Below, piece after piece: positions 6,949 to 10,661 of a DNA stretch of 10,661 bases. The stretch lies in NCBI GenBank assembly GCA_036507075.1, contig DASXQR010000215.1:1-10661 (forward strand), read 5' to 3'. The translations under genes and the position numbers were made by a program. Under the pieces are notes generated by a model, which saw only the letters and a program-made list of their open reading frames with translations, did no database searches and was not told the DNA's origin. The DNA is from Acidobacteriota bacterium (GTDB lineage: Bacteria > Acidobacteriota > UBA6911 > JACQSX01). Numbering within the stretch: the stretch's first letter is position 1; each line of letters opens with the position of its first letter.

Positions 6949-6967
6949 TCAATGAGTCCGAGCAATC

Positions 6968-7843
6968 ATGAATCAATTTGAAAAGAAGATCGGATTTGCG
7001 GGCATGGGGGTGATGGGCAGACCCATGGCGCAGAATCTCATCGATGCCGGGTTTTCCGTCACCGTTTACAACCGTACTCGCGAAAAGACAGCCTCTTTTC
7101 CCAAGGACCGGATCGCAGACACTCCTTCAGATCTGGCCCAACGCTCGCAGGTCCTGATTACCATGCTGGGCGGAACAGAAGATGTGAGGTCCTTCCTTCT
7201 GGGGCAAAATGGAGTAGTCAAATCGCTTTCAGCCGGGACCACCGTCATTGATATGAGCACCATATCGCCGGAGGCCACGGAAAAAATGGCCCGGGAAATT
7301 GAAGGCCTGTCCTGCGGGTTCCTGGATGCGCCGGTCACCGGCGGTCAGAAAGGGGCCATCGCCAGGACTCTTACCATAATGGTGGGCGGCAAGAAGGAGC
7401 TGTTTGATTCCTGCATGCCGATTTTTTCCGCGCTGGGAAAGAATGTGATTCATTTCGGACCCGCGGGCAGCGGGCAAAAATGCAAGGCCGTCAATCAGCT
7501 TCTCTGCGGGCAGCACATTGTGGCGCTGAGCGAAGCCATTTGTCTGGCCCGCAAGTCGGGACTTGACGTTGAAAAGACGCTGGCTGCAGTCGGCGGCGGA
7601 GCCGCGGCCTCATGGATGATTGCCAATCTTGGCCCGCTGATTCTCAAACAGGATTACGCGCCCGGTTTTGCCATGCGCTGGCAGCACAAGGATCTGAGAA
7701 TTGCGGTAGAACAGGCCGAACGCGTCGGGCTCGACCTGCCGGGCTTGCGGAACGCCCTGGCTCTTTTTACAGAAGCGCTGCAGCAGAATCTGGGAGAAAA
7801 TGGAACCCAGGCGCTGGTGAAAATCAAACGCTACTCGCAATAA
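6968..7843 (+). CDS. NAD(P)-dependent oxidoreductase, 3-hydroxyisobutyrate dehydrogenase / 2-hydroxy-3-oxopropionate reductase family
   Basis: Rossmann motif IGFAGMGVMG, VYNRT, IDMSTISP, FLDAPVTGG, catalytic-Lys region GQKCKAVNQ, KDLRIA. 291 aa. Confidence 0.92.
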   Translation: MNQFEKKIGFAGMGVMGRPMAQNLIDAGFSVTVYNRTREKTASFPKDRIADTPSDLAQRSQVLITMLGGTEDVRSFLLGQNGVVKSLSAGTTVIDMSTISPEATEKMAREIEGLSCGFLDAPVTGGQKGAIARTLTIMVGGKKELFDSCMPIFSALGKNVIHFGPAGSGQKCKAVNQLLCGQHIVALSEAICLARKSGLDVEKTLAAVGGGAAASWMIANLGPLILKQDYAPGFAMRWQHKDLRIAVEQAERVGLDLPGLRNALALFTEALQQNLGENGTQALVKIKRYSQ

Positions 7844-7844
7844 C

Positions 7845-7910
7845 CTTTGTGTCCTTTGTGCCTTTGTGGTTGAAACGCTGATCAACCACAAAGACACAAA
7901 GGGCACAAAG
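7845..7910. repeat. Inverted tandem-repeat element, (CTTTGTG) family
   Basis: 7845-7873 pairs with 7882-7910 at 27/29 around an 8-nt loop. It lies between TAA 7841-7843 and RBS AAGGAGG 7911-7917. Confidence 0.92.
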
Positions 7911-7922
7911 AAGGAGGCATCC

Positions 7923-8807
7923 ATGCACCGAAGAGAATTCCTGAAATCCACCGCCATGCTTTCCGCGCTGGCGAGCGCATCGGCGCGGCTTTCTGCCGCC
8001 GGCTCGCCAAAAAAGGCCGTTCTTATATCAATGCTTCCCAAGGAGCTCTCTTACCTGGATCGATTCCGGATGGCCCTGGACACAGGTTTTGAAGGCATTG
8101 AAATGCAAACGATTGAAAACTCGAAGGAGGCCGATGAGATCAAAGATGCTTCTTTGAAGTCCGGCCTGCGCATCCACTCGGTAATGAACATGGACCACTG
8201 GAAGTATCCGCTCTCCAGCGGCGATCCCGAAGTCGTCGGCAAGAGCGTGGCGGGGATGAAGACGTCGCTGCAGAACGCCCGCTTGTGGCGCGCCGACACG
8301 GTGCTGCTGGTTCCGGCCGTTGTGGACGCGAAGACGCCTTACTCGGAAGCCTACACGCGCTCGCGTAAGGTAATTCAGAAGCAGATTCTTCCCGTAGCTG
8401 AAGAGATGAAGGTGATTGTGGCGGTCGAGGAAGTGTGGAACAAATTCCTGCTCAGTCCCTTAGAGTTCGCGCGTTATGTCGATGAGTTTCAGTCGCCCTG
8501 GGTTCGGGCTTACTTTGATGTGGGGAACGTGGTTTTCTACGGCTTCCCGCAGGACTGGATACGCACGCTGGGCAAGCGCATCGTAAAGCTGCATTTGAAG
8601 GATTTCTCCCTCGACCGTAGAAGCAGAACATTTCAGTTTCGAAACATCGGTGAGGGTGACATCGACTGGCTGGATGTTCGCAAGGCGCTGCACGAAATCG
8701 GTTACGGCGGCTACATGACCACAGAGATCAACGGAGGCGACGCGTCGTATCTGAAAGATGTGGTCGGACGGCTGAATCGATTCCTGGCTGGGGAAAAGCC
8801 GGTGTAA
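7923..8807 (+). CDS. Sugar phosphate isomerase/epimerase (xylose isomerase-like TIM barrel, AP_endonuc_2) with Tat signal
   Basis: Twin-arginine MHRREFLK. Metal-ligand motifs VEEVWN, YFDVGN, LHLKDF, MTTE and IGEGDIDW. Start reassigned to ATG 7923, after AAGGAGG. 294 aa. Confidence 0.9.
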   Translation: MHRREFLKSTAMLSALASASARLSAAGSPKKAVLISMLPKELSYLDRFRMALDTGFEGIEMQTIENSKEADEIKDASLKSGLRIHSVMNMDHWKYPLSSGDPEVVGKSVAGMKTSLQNARLWRADTVLLVPAVVDAKTPYSEAYTRSRKVIQKQILPVAEEMKVIVAVEEVWNKFLLSPLEFARYVDEFQSPWVRAYFDVGNVVFYGFPQDWIRTLGKRIVKLHLKDFSLDRRSRTFQFRNIGEGDIDWLDVRKALHEIGYGGYMTTEINGGDASYLKDVVGRLNRFLAGEKPV

Positions 8808-8817
8808 GTAAACGTTC

Positions 8818-9072
8818 CGGGTTGTCGTGTTGCGGGTTTTCGGGTTGGCGCGCGGGTTTTCGGGTTCCGGGTTGGCGGGTTACGGGTTTTCGAGTTCCGG
8901 GTTTTTGGGTTTCGGGTTTTCGAGTTGCGAGTTTTCAGGTTACGAGTTGTGGGTTGGCGAGTTAAATCAGCCTTCAATTTTCAATTTTTCTAATTCGACA
9001 ACTCGTAAGCCGAAAACCCGGAACTCGAAAACCCGAAACCCAGAAACCCGAAACCCGAAAACCCGCAACGCG
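8818..9072. repeat. Inverted array of alternating 8- and 7-nt CGGGTT units (15-bp period) between convergent genes
   Basis: Left arm about 8818-8964 (CGGGTTTT CGRGTTN repeats), AT-rich spacer about 8965-8997, right arm 8998-9072 (AAAACCCG NAACYCG repeats). Confidence 0.92.
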
Positions 9073-9077
9073 ATGGC

Positions 9078-10409
9078 TCAGATCTTCCACGGCTTACGAT
9101 ACTCCCGGTTTAGAAACCGGCCGGCCTCGCCGTCTCCCTGAATCCTTTCCGACTTAGGATCCCACTGAATGGCATGCCCGGTACGATAGGCGATGTTTCC
9201 CAGGTGGCACGCGGTGGTTGAGGTATGACCCGTTTCAATGTCACTGATCGGCCTCTGGCGCGATTTCATACAGTCCAGGAAGTTGCGAACGTGCTCGGGA
9301 TGCCGTTCCACTCCCTTGACCACCATGCCTTCCATCAGCGCTTCCGGCTGGCTGTCGGGAGATTTCCTTCTGCGTTCCGGAATTATTTCAAAGCCGCTGC
9401 GGTCTACAAAAAGTGTGCCGTTAGTGCCGTGGAAAGTAATACCGCCGCCTTTGTGCCCGGTAGTTTCGCTGATGATCGGACCGCGTCCGTTGAGCTCGCG
9501 ATTTGAATACATCATCACCCAATCGGGATACTGGTAGATCACATCCAGCGTGTCTGGGGTCTCCCGGTTGTCTTGCAGCCCGAATTTGCCGCCCACGGCA
9601 GAAACGCGCGCAGGCCCGTCAACGTTCATTGCCCACTGCACGATGTCTATCCAGTGCACTCCCCAGTCGCACATCATTCCGCCGGCATAATCCCAGAACC
9701 ACCGGAACGTGGAAAACCACTTCGGGCTCACGCCGAAACGATTGGCATTGAATTGGTGCCTGGGCGCGGGTCCGAGCCACATTTCCCAGTCCAGATCCGC
9801 GGGAGGGTCGGCATCGGGGGGATTACCAATCCCCTGCGGATATTGATTTCCCACATTCCAGGTACGCACCTCGCTGATTTTTCCGATCGCGCCGCTGCGC
9901 ACCAACTCAACCACCTTCTGGAAGTGATCGGCAGATCGCTGCTGCGTACCAACCTGAACCATTCGATTATTCCTGCGCGCGGCATCGACCATCTTTCGGC
10001 CTTCCACGATGGAGGTAGCGATCGGCTTTTCCACATACACATCCTTGCCCGAATCGCAGGCGGCAACTGTTTGATAAGCGTGCCAATGATCCGGGGTGGA
10101 AATGATGACCGCGTCGATGTCCTTGCGGTCCAGTATGCGGCGGAAGTCTTTATAGACATCCGGAGTGTGGCCTTTTTCTTTGGCGTCCGCGAGCGCTTTG
10201 TCCAGGTGCGGCTGGTAAACATCGCAGACCGCCGCAATAGAAACTTCCGGCTGCTTCATGAAATCGCGCGTATTCCAACTGCCCTGGCGGCCATAACCGA
10301 TAACGCCGACCTGCACCTTGTCTGAAGCGCTGATCCCAATCCTGGAACCGGCGGCAAACGCGAGGCCGCCGGCGCCTATCTTCATAAAGTCTCGACGATC
10401 CATGCTCAT
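9078..10409 (-). CDS. Gfo/Idh/MocA family oxidoreductase with Tat signal
   Basis: MSMDRRDFMK twin-arginine leader, VGVIGYGRQG, STPDHWH, DVYVEKP, QVGTQQRS, DWGVHWID. GGGAG upstream of the ATG. 443 aa. Confidence 0.93.
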   Translation of the reverse strand: MSMDRRDFMKIGAGGLAFAAGSRIGISASDKVQVGVIGYGRQGSWNTRDFMKQPEVSIAAVCDVYQPHLDKALADAKEKGHTPDVYKDFRRILDRKDIDAVIISTPDHWHAYQTVAACDSGKDVYVEKPIATSIVEGRKMVDAARRNNRMVQVGTQQRSADHFQKVVELVRSGAIGKISEVRTWNVGNQYPQGIGNPPDADPPADLDWEMWLGPAPRHQFNANRFGVSPKWFSTFRWFWDYAGGMMCDWGVHWIDIVQWAMNVDGPARVSAVGGKFGLQDNRETPDTLDVIYQYPDWVMMYSNRELNGRGPIISETTGHKGGGITFHGTNGTLFVDRSGFEIIPERRRKSPDSQPEALMEGMVVKGVERHPEHVRNFLDCMKSRQRPISDIETGHTSTTACHLGNIAYRTGHAIQWDPKSERIQGDGEAGRFLNREYRKPWKI

Positions 10410-10483
10410 GTTGATTACTCCCGGGAAAGGTGATTGATCTGATCTATATCATGAATGGAATCAGGGATGAAAGCCGGACTGGT

Positions 10484-10532
10484 TTTGTGTCCTTTGTGTC
10501 TTTGTGGTACATGGTTTTCGCACCACAAAGAC
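10484..10532. repeat. (CTTTGTG) family element with truncated right arm
   Basis: Left arm TTTGTGTC CTTTGTGT CTTTGTGGT (10484-10508). The right arm is only ACCACAAAGAC (10522-10532) before the GCGGC hairpin element begins. Confidence 0.85.
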
Positions 10533-10558
10533 CTGATGCGGCCAAAGGCCGCAACCAA
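10521..10558 (-). repeat. TTGGTTGCGGC-loop-GCCGC hairpin element joined to a CTTTGTGGTG half-site (copy 2)
   Basis: The minus strand reads TTGGTT GCGGCC TTT GGCCGC ATCAG GTCTTTGTGGTG, with the same geometry as 62-97. Confidence 0.75.
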
Positions 10559-10563
10559 AAATT

Positions 10564-10639
10564 AAACGCTCCATGGTAATCTGCAACGCATTATTTTTCT
10601 GCAAGGAAAAGCGATGCGCACAAGAGCCATGGAGCGTTT
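10564..10639. repeat. Long hairpin: perfect 13-bp inverted repeat with inner stems
   Basis: AAACGCTCCATGG (10564-10576) pairs with CCATGGAGCGTTT (10627-10639). Inside are CGCAT/ATGCG and TTTTCT-GCAA-GGAAAA. Confidence 0.8.
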
Positions 10640-10661
10640 TTTGAAGCGGCATCAAGGCCGC

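Noticed and set aside
6968..7843. Specific gene symbol (garR, glxR or mmsB)
   Set aside because: Family motifs do not discriminate the substrate, and there is no diagnostic pathway neighbour.
4524..9072. Repeat arrays as a CRISPR locus
   Set aside because: There are no 23-50-nt direct repeats separated by regular unique spacers and no cas genes. The arrays are contiguous short units in inverted arms.
8711..9141. ORFs 8711-8977 (-) and 8827-9141 (+) with KTRNP / SGF repeats
   Set aside because: The 15-bp period keeps frames open by construction, and both ORFs overlap real genes.
9573..10325. 250-aa plus-strand ORF and other long antisense ORFs (1866-2555, 2646-3251, 3792-4316, 5826-6362)
   Set aside because: They are antisense shadows of well-supported genes in GC-rich DNA, with no recognisable motifs.
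10431..10452. Short TGAT(C/T) repeats upstream of the Gfo/Idh/MocA gene as an operator
   Set aside because: Too short and irregular to distinguish from chance AT-rich promoter sequence.

Overview
GC-rich bacterial window. Gene content and style (Tat-exported sugar oxidoreductase/isomerase, ECF sigma-HEAT locus, VIT/vWA protein) suggest Acidobacteriota or a similar lineage; this is inference only. There are six apparently intact genes: a secreted VIT+vWA protein, a ThuA-like protein, a large alpha/beta hydrolase, a 3-hydroxyisobutyrate-dehydrogenase-family oxidoreductase, a Tat-type sugar phosphate isomerase/epimerase and a Tat-type Gfo/Idh/MocA oxidoreductase. At the left end is a collapsed pseudo-operon in which the region-2 half of an ECF sigma gene is joined to the 3' part of a frameshifted HEAT-repeat gene. 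The most striking signal is non-coding: all eight intergenic intervals carry palindromic elements. Most are short tandem repeats arranged as two inverted arms around a short spacer, in four unit families (CTYTGTG 8/9-mer, GCGGAAT 7-mer, CGGGTT 7+8-mer, GCCGCTGATTTAC). There is also a recurring TTGGTTGCGGC..GCCGC hairpin joined at a fixed 5-nt distance to the CTYTGTGGT motif, and a 32-bp palindrome flanked by 8-9-bp direct repeats. Several elements are nested in or abut one another. No transposase, CRISPR array or RNA gene was recognised.
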